The position numbers and the translations under genes were made by a program. 64,000 nucleotides of DNA from Mobula hypostoma (lineage: Eukaryota). Below, one piece after another: positions 1-13,065 of this stretch (its first letter is position 1; each line of letters starts with the position of its first letter). The notes under the pieces were generated by a model. That model was not told where the DNA came from. It ran no database searches and worked only from the letters and a program-made list of their open reading frames with translations. The stretch lies in the NCBI RefSeq assembly GCF_963921235.1, contig NC_086097.1, positions 246,886,001 to 246,950,000 on the forward strand, in the 5' to 3' direction.

Positions 1-3000
1 AACCAAAAAAAGGTAGTTGGAGCATTAAGCTCTTTCCAATGTTGTAAGATACATCTTTTCACCATTAAAGAAAGAAATGCAATCATTCTACGGGCTGAAG
101 GAGAAAGGTTACTGGAAATTTTAGGTAGTCCAAAGATAGCAGTAATAGGGTGAGGAGAGATATCTATATTCAATACCTTGGAGATAATATTAAAAATGTC
201 TCTCCAAAAAGTTTCCAGAGTAGGACAAGACCAAAACATATGAGTTAAAGAGGCTATCTGCCCCAGACATCTATCACAAAAAGGATTAATATGAGAATAA
301 AAGTGAGCTAATTTATCTTTGGACATATGTGCTCTATGAACAACTTTAAATTGAATTAGGGAATATTTAGCACAGATAGAGGAAGTATTGACTAATTGTA
401 AAATCTGCCCCCAGTCATCCACGGAAATGATAGACCCCAATTCCTGTTCCCAATCTACCCTATTCTTATCAAATAGAGCTTTCCTAAGTTTCATAATAAT
501 ATTATAAATCATAGCCGATGCACCTTTCTGACATGGATTAAGGTTAATTATCGAATCTAAAATATATGTAGGAGGAAGCATTGGAAAGGAAGAAAGTATA
601 GTACTTAGGAAATTTCTAACTTGTAGATATCTAAAAAAAATGTATTCTTGATAAATTATATTTATTAGATAATTGTTCAAAAGACATAAGGGAACCATCT
701 AAAAATAAATTCAAAAACCGTGAAATACCCTTAGTCTTCCAAATTTGAAAAGCATGATCCGTAAAAGAGGGAGGAAAAAATATATTACCTAAAATAGGAA
801 TCGCTAGCCCAAATTGGTTAAGATCAAAAAATTTTCTGAATTGAAACCAAATACGTAAGGTATATTTAGCTATCGGGTTAGATACCTGTTTGAGGCGTTT
901 CAAATCAAAAGGAAGAGAGGAACCTAAAATAGAGCCAAGTGTATAGCCCTGAACAGATTGTAATTCCAATGCTACCCATTTAGGAATAGATAGTATATCC
1001 TGGTCAAGTAACTAAAATTTCATATGTCAAATATTAATTGCCCAATAATAGAATCTAAAGTTAGGTAATGCTAAGCCTCCATCTCTCTTAGCTTTCTGTA
1101 AATGTATTTTACCCAGCCTCGGGTTTTTATTTTGCCAAATAAATGAAGAAATTTTTGAGTCAACTTTATCAAAGATTTTGGGACAAAGATTGGTAATGCC
1201 TGAAATATATATAGAAATTTTGGCAAAAAAAACATCTTAACTGCATTAATACGACCAATCAAAGTTAAATATAAAGGAAACCATTTAGATGAAAGTTGAA
1301 TAATATGGTCAATTAAGGGTAAAAAGTTAATCTTAAATAAATCTTTGTATTTACAAGTAATTTTAATCCCAAGATATGAAAAATAATTATTAATCAATTT
1401 AAACAGAAAGTTATGATATAAGGGAAGTTGTTTATTAATCAGGAAAAGTTCACTCTTACTAAGATTTAATTTATAACCTGAAAAGAGACTAAATTGTGCT
1501 AATAACTCTAAACAGCAGGGATGGATTTTGGAGGATTAGAAATATATAAAAGTAAGTCATCAGCATAGAGTGATATTTTATGGGACTTTAAGCCCCGTGT
1601 TATCCCAGTAATATTTGGAGATTCTCGAATGGCAATTGCAAGAGGTTCTAATGCAATATCAAATAATAAAGGACTAAGAGGACAACCTTGTCGAGTACCT
1701 CGAAAAAGAGGGAAAAAAGGTGAGCTTAGAGAGTTAGTACGGACCGAGGCCACAGGAGAACGGTTTGATCCAGGATATAAATTTCGAGCTAAAATTAAAC
1801 ATTTCAAGCACCTTAAATAAGTAAGGTCATTCTACTCTATCAAAAGCTTTCTCAGCATCTAAAGAGATAACACATTCAGGAACATTTTGTGAGGGGGTAT
1901 AAACAATATTTAACAGTGTGCGAATGTTATAAAAAGAGTAACGACCTTTAATAAAACCCGTTTGGTCTTCCGAAATAATAAAAGGAAGTACTTTTTCTAA
2001 TCTGTTTGCTAATAACTTAGAAAACACTTTAGAATCAACATTTAATAAAGATATTGGTCTATAAGATGCACATTGAGCAGGATCTTTATCCTTCTTTAAT
2101 ATTAGAGAAATTGATGCTCTATTGAAAGATTCGGGAAGTTTACCAAGTTTTAATGAAGCCTCTAAAACCCTACAGAACCAAGGGATTAATGAAGGTGCAA
2201 AACATTTATAAAATTCTACGGTAAACCCATCAGGGCCAGGAGCTTTCCCCAAATTCATAGAGGAAATAACATTCTTAATCTCATCAGTGGTAATGGGAGT
2301 ATCTAGCATAGAAGACATATCCTGTGAAATCTCAGGGAAATCTAGGTTATCTAAAAAAATCATTCATATATTTAGAGTCTCGAGGAGACTCTGATTGATA
2401 TAAGGAAGAATAAAAATCACAGAAGGTTTGATTAATCCCTGCATGATCAAGTATCAGTCGGTCATTTTGGTTATAAATCTGATTAATTTGAGATTTAGCA
2501 TACTTACACTTCAATTGATTAGCCAGCAGTTTGCCAATTTTGTCACTGTGTACATAAAATTCACTTCTTGTTTTCTTTAATTGGTTTACAATCGAGGACG
2601 AAAGTAATAAACTGTGTTCCATTTGAAGTTCAGTTCTTTGTTTATATAACTCCTCAGAGGGAGCTGTAACATATTTCTTATCAATTTCCTTAATCTTGTC
2701 CACAATTACCAACTCCTCCTGCTTCAGCTTCTTCCTCAAAGCAGCAGAATATGAGATAATCTGACTACGAATATAAGCTTTAAAAGTATCCCAAAGAATG
2801 TTCACAGAAATATCCTCTGTATAGTTGATTGTAAAAAAAAGATCAATCTGTTCATTCATAAAGTTAATAAAGTCCGAGTCCTGAAGCAACAGCGAATTAA
2901 AACACCATTGTCTATTATTTTGTGTATTGGCCTGAATTTTAATAGAAAGCTTAAGTGGAGCATGATCCGAAATGGTTATAGAGTCATAATCACATTTAAT

Positions 3001-3649
3001 CACTGAAGAAATAAGACGAGAGTCAATAAAGAAATAATCAATTCTTGAATAGGAATGGTGAACATGTGAAAAAAAGAAAAATCGTTTTCCAAGGATGCAA
3101 AAAACGCCAAATGTCCGTCGACCCAGAATCAGAGAGGAATGAATTAAACAAAGTTGCAGATTTGTTAGGTAAGGTCCGTAGAGGAGCCGAACGGTCCAAA
3201 GCTGGAGATAAACAGGTATTAAGATCTCCGCCCCAGATCAATGAAAACTCATTCAAATTCGGGAACTGATTAAATAATGATTTATAAAATTCCGAACAGT
3301 CCATATTAGGAGCATAAACATTAACCAAAACTACCTTTTTATTAAATAGTAGACCACTAACCAATAGCAGTCTACCATTCGGATCAGAAATAATATCATG
3401 TTGTATAAAAGTAACTGAGGAGTCTATAAAAATAGAGACGCCTCGAATCTTAGCGTTGGAGTTCGAATGAAACTGTTATCCCTTCCAGAATTTAAAAAAA
3501 CGTAGTCTGTCCCCCCTCCGCACATGGGTCTCTTGTAAAAATAAAATTTGTGCTTTAAGTCTCCGGAACACTTTAAAAACTTTTTTCCTTTTAATAGGAT
3601 GATTAAGACCATTAGTATTCCAGGAGACAAAATTAATAATAGACTCCAT
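1..3649 (-). pseudogene. L1 ORF2 (EN-RT), frameshifted
   Basis: ATG at 3649 (MESIINFVSWN). Split across many frames in the ORF track. Confidence 0.85.
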
Positions 3650-4358
3650 AAACCCTAAAGTCAACCCGCAACAAGGAGGATTGACGATAGGCTCGACCCA
3701 TGAACCCAGAAAGGGAACAGAACAAATAAGAGATACCGGGAAGCAGAACGCAACCAATACTTCAATAGTATACATAGCCCAAGAAAAAAGAAACTAAAAC
3801 GTGAAGCCCCTCCCACCACCCCCCACCCCATGAGCCCAAGGCTAAATCTAACACAGACCGGCCAGAAAGAAGCAAGCACTAAAACTACCCCCATGACTTC
3901 CGGTATATGCTCCCTAAAAAAAGTGTAAATATAAAAAAGATCAGCTAGTTATAAAACAGTAAAAAAAATAAAAAAAGGTAAATCAATTAAAACAAACACA
4001 ATATAACAGAGAAAAAGCCAGAAAATATAAAAAAAACCGCAACAAACCCCAGACCCTATTAAGTACACAAAAAAAGAAATGAGATTATTAACATAAACTA
4101 GTTATGAAAACCTACAAAAAGAAGTAGATTTAAAAACTACAAAATTTAAGGCCTCAAAGGAAATACGTAGAATGACGGTGAGGGAATAACCACCCAGAAT
4201 CCCCTGGGAAAAAGAAAGGAATGACGCAGATAGAAAGAAAGTTTAGCAACCATATTAATTAATCAAAAATAAACTTTTCTGCCCATATAAGGCAAAAAAA
4301 AAATTAAAACTGACAAATTCACAACCTCCGATCAAACGGAGATAGTTAAAAATTACGA

Positions 4359-5258
4359 TTAAGATGTTGAAGGTGAAAATTGATCCAGATAACTCTGGGC
4401 ATCCGATGGAGATTCAAAAAAACGGAGGGCTCCATCCGACGTACGAATCCTTAGACGTGCAGGGTAAAGCAGCGCTGGTTTTAAATCCATCTTGTAGAGT
4501 TCCGACATCACAGATCTGTAACGAACCCATTGATCCCGAATTGGTTTACTGAAATCCTCCACGAATCGGAACTTAAGATCCAAAAAATCAATGTAACCTT
4601 TAGATCGAACGAAACGAAACAGTTTCTCCTTGTCTTGAAAGTAATGAAAACGTAATATAACATGTCGAGGTTTATCTGACTTAGACGAGTATGATGGAAC
4701 TCTGTGAACATGATCCAATAACGGTGGTTGGTCAGGCAATACAGTAGGAAATGCATCTTTTAAAAGTTGAGAAATATACTTCATAGGGTTATCAGATTCA
4801 ACAGCTTCACGCACCCCAATCATTCGAAGATTCTGCCGTCGCATTCTGGATTCTAAGTCAGAATTTTTAAAGGTCAGAAAGTCAAGTTTCTTCTTCATTA
4901 CATTAATTGTTTCTTCGATTTTCTCCATCTTGAGCTCACTTTGTTGCGTGGATTTTTGAAGATCAGATATAGCCGACTGATGTTCCGTAATAGATGTTTG
5001 TATCTTATCGATTGAATCGGCAATTTTCTGGAAATTAATTGAAATTTCTGCACGAATCAGCTCCGTAACAGAGGTTGAAATTTCCGCACGAATCAGCTCC
5101 GTAACAGAGATTGAAATTTCCCTTTGAATTAGCTCCGATATAGCTTTCAAAGTCAGCGGTGGTTCAGTCGGAGGAAAATCAGTACCTTTCGGTCTAACCG
5201 GAGGTTTGCCGTCCTTCCCGTTTTTTCCATTCTTAGACATAGCAGACCTTAAACGCAT
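4359..5258 (-). CDS. L1 ORF1p (coiled coil, RRM, CTD), open 299 aa
   Basis: ESRMRRQNLRMIGV, HRV, PRHVILRF, EDFS and LLYPARLRI motifs of L1 ORF1 (Transposase_22-like). Confidence 0.85.
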   Translation of the reverse strand: MRLRSAMSKNGKNGKDGKPPVRPKGTDFPPTEPPLTLKAISELIQREISISVTELIRAEISTSVTELIRAEISINFQKIADSIDKIQTSITEHQSAISDLQKSTQQSELKMEKIEETINVMKKKLDFLTFKNSDLESRMRRQNLRMIGVREAVESDNPMKYISQLLKDAFPTVLPDQPPLLDHVHRVPSYSSKSDKPRHVILRFHYFQDKEKLFRFVRSKGYIDFLDLKFRFVEDFSKPIRDQWVRYRSVMSELYKMDLKPALLYPARLRIRTSDGALRFFESPSDAQSYLDQFSPSTS

Positions 5259-5639
5259 CCGATTATCAAAGAGCCCAATTTATTTCAAAATATTGTAGAA
5301 GTCGCTGCCTTAATGGTTAATTAAAATATAGCTGATCATAAGAAGAAAAACTCAGAGGTAATGGAGCGAGTCAAGAACACGACTTCACTCCATGAGCTCT
5401 ACCGGAAGTCCCCGAATTGTTCACAATCAACCATGTACTTTTCCTTTGTTAACATCAACTCATGATTTACTTTCCTTGATTTACCAATTTTTTTTCATTA
5501 CAGAAGCCAGAAGATTATTGCACCAAGATTGCTGAAGAGGCTGTAAATTCTACTCAAACAATGAGCTACGTGATTTCAACATGATTTGCAGCTGCCACTG
5601 GATAAAACAGCGGAAGCCATCTTTTCAATTTTTTTTAAG

Positions 5640-5745
5640 AACGATACAGCACAGTAACAGGCCCTTCCGGTCCAATGAGCCCAGACTGCCCAATTACACC
5701 CATGTGACGAATTAACTTACCAACACAGTGTCTTTGGAATGTCTA
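5640..5745 (-). mobile_element. SINE 3' fragment (HE1/V-SINE-like)
   Basis: gtctttggaatgt plus CR1-like tail acagcacagtaacaggcccttc. Boundaries approximate. Confidence 0.4.
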
Positions 5746-5785
5746 ATTTTAAACATCCAATTTTTAAAAAATGTATCTCCAAAAT

Positions 5786-5940
5786 AAACATAGAAACATA
5801 GAAAATAGGTGCAGGAGTAGGCCATTCGGCCCTTCGAGCCTGCACTGCCATTTATTATGATCATGACTGATCATCCAACTCAGAACCCCGCCCCAGCCTT
5901 CCCTCCATACCCCCTGACCCCCGTAGCCACAAGGGCCATA
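5786..5940 (-). mobile_element. CR1-type LINE 3' end
   Basis: (CTATGTTT)n tail and aataggtgcaggagtaggccattcggccc 3' UTR. Confidence 0.7.
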
Positions 5941-7425
5941 AAGGTGAATTAATGATAAAGGTTCCCACAGACATTTTAAATGTGTAAAGCAAAAGACACT
6001 GTTCCTAAGTAAAGTGACTCTAAGAAATAAATAATGGAAACAAACTTAAGTTTTCATCAGCCCTCATGAGATGGCTGCTCCAAGTAACATCCAAGAATTA
6101 AAGAACTTAAAATGGGGAAGGAGAGAACTCGGTAAAATAGCACTGAGCAAATGGTTGAAGCTTCAGGCTGATAACACCCTAGGTGCCCTTGCACTTCAGC
6201 CTTTGGTCTTAAGTGCCTAATAAGATGCTTAAAGGATTAGTTTTACTTTTCTACAGTCACCTGGATCTGGAAAAGTTCTATTAGATCAAAAAACAGTAAA
6301 CGCAACTCCTTTTTTCAAAAAGGGAGAGAGCAGCAAACAACAAAAGTTAGCTTAGTAGCTATGTTAGAAGTTCTTAAAAATCGTATTGGACAGCACTTGG
6401 AAAATATTTCAAGGTTATTAGGCAAAGCCAATATAGTTTTGTGAAAGTGCAAGAAAGACTTATTTGTCACATGTACATCAAAAATACATTGAAATAAACA
6501 GTTTCCATCAAATCAGTGAAAATTGTGCTGTGCAGCAATCAAGTGTCCATAAGACAAGAGCAGAATTAGGCCATTCAGCCCATCAAATCTGCTCTATCAT
6601 TACATCATGGCTGGTCCTGGATCACACTCAAGCTCATACACCCACCTTCTCGCCATATCCTTTGTTTCCCGATGGGCATCAATCAACTTTCACCTTAAAT
6701 ATATCCACAGACTTGGCCTCCACCACAGTCTGTGGCAGAGCATTCCACAGATTAACTACTCTCTGTCTATAAAAACTCCTTATCTCTGTTCTAAAAGCTC
6801 AACCCTCGATTTCGAGACTGTGGCTAGCTCTGGATACTCCCTCCAGAGGAAACATCCTCTCCACACCCACCCTATCTAGTCCTTTCAACATTCAGTGGGT
6901 TTCAATGAGACCCCATGCATTCTTCTAAATTCCAGTGAGTACAGGCTTAAACATGCCAAAAAATCATTCCCGGAATCATCCTCGTGAACCTCCTCTGGAC
7001 TTGCTCCAATGACAATACATCCTTTCTGAAATATGGTGCCCAAAATTGTTGGCAATACTCCAAGTGCGGCTTGGCCAGTGTCTTATAAAGCCTCAGCATC
7101 ATCTCCTTGCTTTTATATTCTACTCCCCTTCAAATAAGTGCCAACATTGCATCTGCCTTCTTTACCACAAACTCACTCTGTAAATTTATCTTCTGGGAGC
7201 CTTGCACGAGAACTCCCAAGTCCCTCTGCACTTCTGATGTTTGAACCTTCTCCCCATTTAGATAATAGTCTGCACTATTGTTCCTTTTGCCAAAATGCAT
7301 TATCATACATTTTCCAACACTCTATTCCATCTGCCACTTTTTTGCCCATTCCTCCAATTTGGCTAAGTCTTGCTATAATCACATTACTTCCTCAGCACAA
7401 CCTACCTCTCCACCTATCTTCATAT

Positions 7426-8249
7426 GGTGACAACAAACCAAGTTATCAGACGACTGGTGCTAATGAGAGAGATAAGGGAGACAATGAAGAAACGTTCAAA
7501 ATGTTAATGAGAGAGGAGAGAGAGATAACGGAAAAGAAACAATTCAGAATATTGACAGACCGGTTGCTTTGAACCTGAACTGTTTGAAGTTTGATGGACA
7601 GGCGATAGCCCAGCAGGGGGATAAAAAGAACAGGTTCGCTAAGGCACAACACACATCACGAGATCACGAGACCCTGGAAGAGCGGTGTGCCCCCACAAGT
7701 TGGTAGGAGTTTGGAGGTCCGGTTCGCGGGAACCGACTATAGACTCACAGGGTGTAAAGGTACGATCGGTGGGAACCTGGTGTGTGTGTCCGCCCTTGCC
7801 TGGGCGCCGGGTTCACCGCGGAAGAATGGTCGTATCCGGAACGGAGGGGTCACAGTCGGTGACCACAGCGGGATAGAAGACATAAAAGGGTCCGCCCGAA
7901 ATCAACTGCGAAGAACATCAAAGGTCTGCCTGAATCAAATTTGCATCCCCCCCCCCCCCAACGGCACAACAGCAATTACTGCGAGCTGTACTAAGCTGAA
8001 CTGAACTATGCGTCAATTAAGACTGATCATTTCACCCCTAGACTGCGATAGAGCTTGGTTGATTCCTACTACCCTAGTTCTGTGTACATGTGTGTATTAT
8101 CATTGCTAACCTGTTGCATTTATATCCTTACGATTAGAGTACTGTGTTACTTATTTCTTTAATAAAACTTTATTAGCTCCTAGTAATCCAGACTCCAACG
8201 ACTGGTCCATTTCTGCTGGCTTGGCAACCCAGTTACGGGGTACGTAACA
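7426..8249 (+). repeat. 5' LTR
   Basis: GGTGAC...GTAACA, direct repeat of 10629-11458. AATAAA at 8161. Confidence 0.92.
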
Positions 8250-8253
8250 TAAG

Positions 8254-8272
8254 TGGGGATCTCGTCCGTGAT
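8254..8272 (+). other. Primer-binding site, tRNA-Pro-like
   Basis: TGGGGATCTCGTCCGTGAT versus the canonical tRNA-Pro PBS TGGGGGCTCGTCCGGGAT, 4 nt after the 5' LTR. Confidence 0.75.
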
Positions 8273-10628
8273 TTTGAATGCCAAATTTGGGACTGGGTAA
8301 ATTGATTGGGTTAAAATTCCCGAAAGAAAGAAAGGGCAAACAGCAGAAATAGAGATTGAGGAATTTCTAAAGGCGCCAACTTTGGAGGCATTAGAGGATG
8401 CTAGGAAATCAGAATTGGCGACTGTTGCCAAACGGTTGAATCTTTTTAAGGGGAAGTCGACAATGAGGAGAGCGGAGATGCACAGAGCTATCATTGCGCA
8501 TTATGTATCTAAAGGTGTGTTTCGCCAAAGGGAGCTGGAGGTGGTATCTATGGGCAAACCTGGTGGAGAAGCAGTGCAGCTGCAGATGGAAAAATTGAGA
8601 CTCGAGCACGAGTTCCGGGTAAGGCAGCTAGAACAAGAAGAGAAACAGTTAGAGCAAGAGAGAGAGAGGCAGTTAGAACAACAAGAGAGGGAGAAGCAGA
8701 AGGAAAGGGAATTTGAGCTGGAGAAGTTAAGGATGACGCTAGCGCAGCGTCCCATGCCGAAAACCAAGGTGGACGGTCCAGGGTGACCCAGGAGGTTAGG
8801 CTGGTTCCCCCATTAGAGGAGGCCAATGTTGATCGGTACTTTCTACATTTTGAAAAAGTCGCTGCAAGTCAGGACTGGCCGAGGGATAAGTGGGCTGTTT
8901 TGCTTCAGAGCGTACTTAAAGGGAAGGCTCAGCAAGCTTACTCGGCATTGTCCGCAGAAGATGCCCAGAGGTATGATGTGGTGAAAGAAGCGACACTCAG
9001 GATTTATGAGTTGGTCCCAGAGGCATACCGGCAGAGGTTCCAGAATGTGAGGAAGCAGTGGGCCCTGCCCATAGACTCACAGGTTTATCCCGTTTGCGCA
9101 GTGACTCGGCGCATGTCCAGAAAGGCTGCCGAAGCGAATGTAGATTTAGCTGAGACGTTTTTACCAGCCTTGTACCAGGAGGGGTTCGAAAGTGAGAAGA
9201 AGGAGCATAGTGAAATGGAAGGAAGTGAGGGAGTTGAGTAGACTTATCATTAGCAGGAAAGGAATTTATATAGGCACAGGAACAAGGAGCTAATGGTTTT
9301 GGCGGAGACAGCTCTCTCCGGAGCAGAATTAAAAAGGGAGCCAGTGGGCTATTATGTGAAGGAGGGAGTACTGATGAGGAAATGGAGACCAAGTACCGTG
9401 CCCACAGATGAGGAATGGGGGGTGGTGCACCAGGTGGTAGTGCTGAAAATTTATGGGGATGAGATTTTTAACCTGGCCCACAAGATACCCCTCGGTGGAC
9501 ATTTTGGGGTGAGGAAGACAGTCAATAGAATTATGAAAGAGTTTTACTGACCGAGCATGAGGGAGGATATTATTGAGTATTGTAGACGTGAGCCAACACA
9601 GCCTATTGATACGTTAACAGCTTGCCACGATAAGCGAGCAGACCTAGTCGGTGTTATCATAAAAATTAATGAGGCTAGGGTGCCACCTGATAAGGGGAAA
9701 ACCCATTCTGAAAAGGTAAGTATGAGGCCGACCAGATGGGAGAACTCTATTGCTTTGGCCAACTTTGCTAATAAGGTCTCTCCCTTAACCCCCGAACAGA
9801 GCGAGCCGCTGAGTATGCTAATTAACCAGCACGCAGACGTATGTCCGGATGTCCCGAGGCGATGCAAAGAGCCGGTACATAGTGTTGTCACATCAGGTCA
9901 GCCTAGTAAGCAACACCCCTATAGGATGATTAATTCAGTGACAAAAGGGCTAAAGAACGCAGAAGCGTATATTGACGATTTAGTGGTCTGGAGTGACAGG
10001 TGGGAGGAGCACATTGTAGCAGTAGAGGAACTGTTTAAGAGGCTGTCGGAAGCCAACCTGACAGTGAACCTCACAAAAAGTGAATTCGGCCATGAGAAGG
10101 TCACTTATCTGGGATTTGTGGTAGGACAGGGGCAGCTGGCACCAATGCAGGCTATGGTGCGGGCTATCTCTGAAGTCTCCACTCCGACAGACAAGAGAGC
10201 CCTGAGAAGGTTCTTGGGGATGGTGGGGTACTATCAGAAGTTTTGCAAAAACTTTGCGGATATTACCCTCCCGCTCACTAAGCTCTTGCCAACGAATGCA
10301 AAGTTTGTGTGGGACGACCTTTGTTATATTTGTCTGGCACGGAAACCACTGATAATTTACACTGATCACAACTCATTAGTGTTTTTGGCCACTATGAAGG
10401 ATAAAAACAAAAGGTTGCTAAGTTGGAGCTTGGTCTTACGGGAATTTGATATTAAAATAAAACATAAAAGGAATGGACAATGTGATTGCTGACTGTCAAG
10501 GTGTTGAAAACTTAAAGTTCTCTGTATTAGCCGAATAGCTGATGACCCTGTATATTAGTGTGGTGTATCTAATAATGTATTCATGCCCATAATTTTTACC
10601 CCGGTAAAAATCCTTTGAAGGGTAGGGG

Positions 10629-11458
10629 TGTGATGACAAACCAAGTTATCAGACAATTGATGCTAATGAGAGAGATAAGGGAGACAATGGAGAAACATTT
10701 AAAATGTTAATGAGAGAGGAGAGAGAGATAACGGAAAAGAAACACAATTCAGAATATTGACAGACCGGTTGCTTTGAATCTGAACTGTTTGAAGTTTGAT
10801 GGACAGGCGATACCCCAGCAGGGGGATAAAAAGAACAGGTTCGCTAAGGCACGACACACACCACGAGATCACAAGATAACGAGACCCTGGAAGAGCGGTG
10901 TGCCCCCACAAGTTGGTAGGAGTTTGGAGGTCCAGTTTGTGGGAACCGACCATAGACTCACAGGGTGTAAAGGTACGATCGGTGGGAACTTGGTGTGTGT
11001 GTCCCGCCCTTGCCTGGGTGCCGAGTTCACCGCGGAAGAACGGTCGTATCCGGAACGGAGGGGTCACAGTCGGTGACCACAGCGGGATAGAAGACATAAA
11101 AGGGTCAGCCCGAAATCAACTGCGAAGAACATCAAAGGTCTGCCTGAATCAAATTTGCATCCCCTCCCCCAACGGCACAACAGTGATTACTGTGAACTGT
11201 ACTAAGCTGAACTGAACTCTGCGTCACTTAAGACTGATCATTTTACCCCTAGACTGCGATAGAGCTTGGTTGATTCCTATTACCCTAGTTCTGTGTACAT
11301 GTGTATTATCATTGCTAACCTGTTGCATTTATATGTTTACTATTAGAGTACTGTGTTACTTATTCCTTTAGTAAAACTTTATTAGCTCCTAGTAATCCAG
11401 ACTCCAACGAGTGGTCCATTTCTGCTGGCTTGGCAACCCAATTACGGGGTACGTAACA
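10629..11458 (+). repeat. 3' LTR
   Basis: TGTGAT...GTAACA, preceded by the polypurine tract GAAGGGTAGGGG. Confidence 0.92.
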
Positions 11459-12748
11459 ATATCATCTGCAAACTTTGCCACAAAGCCATCAATTCCATTA
11501 TCTAAATCCCTGACAAACAACATGAAAAGTAGTGGTCCCAATAATGATCCGAGGAACACCATTAGTCACTGGCAGCCAACCAGAAAAGGCCTCCTTTATT
11601 CCTGTTAAGCAGCCTCAGGAGAGACACCTTAATAAATGCCTTCTGAAAATCCAAGTAAATGACATCCACTGCCTCTCCTTTGTCCACCCTGCTTGTTACT
11701 TTCTCGAAGGACTCCAACAGATTTGTCAGGCAAGATTTCCCTTTACTGAAACCATGCTGACTTTGACTTATTTTATCATTATACTCTAAGTAACCAGAAA
11801 CTTCATCCTTAAGAATAGACTCCAACACCCCCAGCCACTGAGGTTAGGCTAACTGGCCTATAATTTCCTTTCTTTTGTCTTCCTCCCTTCATAAAGAGTA
11901 GTGTGACATTTGCAATCTTCCAGTCCTCTGGGACTATGCCAGAATCAAATGATTCTTGAAAAATCATGACCAAAGCATCTATTATTCCATCAGCAACTTC
12001 CCTCAGGACTCTGGGATGTAGTCCATCTGGTCCAAGTGACTTCTCCACCTTAAGACCTTTCAGTTTGGCTGGCACTTTTTCCCTTTGTATTAGCAATGGC
12101 ACTCACTCCTGCTCCCTGACATTCATGGACCACTGGCACACTGCTGGTGTCTTCCACAGAAAAATCTGATGCAAACTACTCATTAAGTTCATCTACCATT
12201 TCTTGGTCCCCCATTACTACCTCACCAACATCAATTTCCAGTGGTCCAAAATCAACTCCCACCTCCCTTTCACTCTTTAAATAAATGGGAAAAAAATTTC
12301 ATATATTACTGCTTTATATCATTGGCTAGTTTGCCCTCATATTTCATCTTTTACCTTCTTATAGCTTCTTTAGTTGCCTTTTGCTGGATTTTAAAAGCTT
12401 CCCAGTCATCCAACTTCGCACTCACTTTTGTTTCCTCGGCTTTTATGCAGTCCTTAATGTCCCTTGTCAGCCACGGTTGCTTAACCCTGCCATTTGAGAA
12501 CTACTTCTGTGGGACATATCCATCCTGAGCCTTGTGAACTATTCCCGGAAACTTCAGCCATCTCTGCTCGCTTCATCCCCGCTGGTATCTTTCTCCAATC
12601 CACTTGGACAAGCTCCTCTCATATGCCTCTGGAATTCCTTCTATTCCAGTGTGACTTATGCTTCTTTCTCTCAAATTGCAGTATGAATTCAAATCATTAT
12701 GATCACTGCCTCCTAAGGGTTCCTTTAGATTAAGCTCCCTAATAGGAT

Positions 12749-13065
12749 TGTGGGCACGTGGCCAAGTGGTTAAGGCACTGGACTAGCTACCTGAAGGTCG
12801 TGAGTTCGAGCCCCAGCCGAGTCAACGTGTTGTGTCCTTGAGCAAGGCACTTAATCACACACTGCTCTATGACGACACTGGTGCCAAGCTGTATGGGTCC
12901 TAACGCCCTTCCCGTGGACAACATCGGTGTCGTGGAGAGGGGAGACTTGCAGCATGGGCAACTGCCGGTCTTCCATACAACCTTGCCCGGGCCTGCGCCC
13001 TAGAGAGTGAAGACTTTCTCCAGGTGCAGATCCATGGTCTCGCAAGACTAACAGATGCCTTTATT
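12749..13065 (+). mobile_element. Full-length tRNA-derived SINE
   Basis: A box TGGCCAAGTGG, B box GTTCGAGCC, CORE-like gtgtccttgagcaaggcacttaa. Perfect 9-bp TSD TAATAGGAT (12740-12748 / 13066-13074). Confidence 0.88.

Larger units (their letters stand above)
1..5413 (-). mobile_element. L1/Tx1-clade LINE, 5'-complete, 3' end runs off the window
   Basis: 5' end GGGGACTTCCGG at 5413, ORF1 4359-5258, ~700-nt T-rich spacer, then ORF2 fragments: APE (SWNTNGL, LQETH, GGDLN, SDH), RT (PGPDG, YRPISLLN, SLDAEKAFD, QGCPLSP, YADD) and a C-terminal CDRC...HMFWSC knuckle near 230-280. Confidence 0.95.
7426..11458 (+). mobile_element. Gmr1-like Ty3/Gypsy LTR retrotransposon, internally deleted
   Basis: Two ~825-bp LTRs, 4-bp TSD ATAT (7422-7425 / 11459-11462), PBS and PPT. 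Internal remnants in order gag, integrase H2C2, RT (YIDD), RNase H (TDH). Confidence 0.93.

Noticed and set aside
7426..8249. ORFs inside the LTRs (105 aa, repeated at 10898-11215)
   Set aside because: GTG starts, frames differ between the two LTRs, no domain.
12749..12830. tRNA gene
   Set aside because: The tRNA-like head continues into a SINE body and the whole unit is bounded by a TSD.
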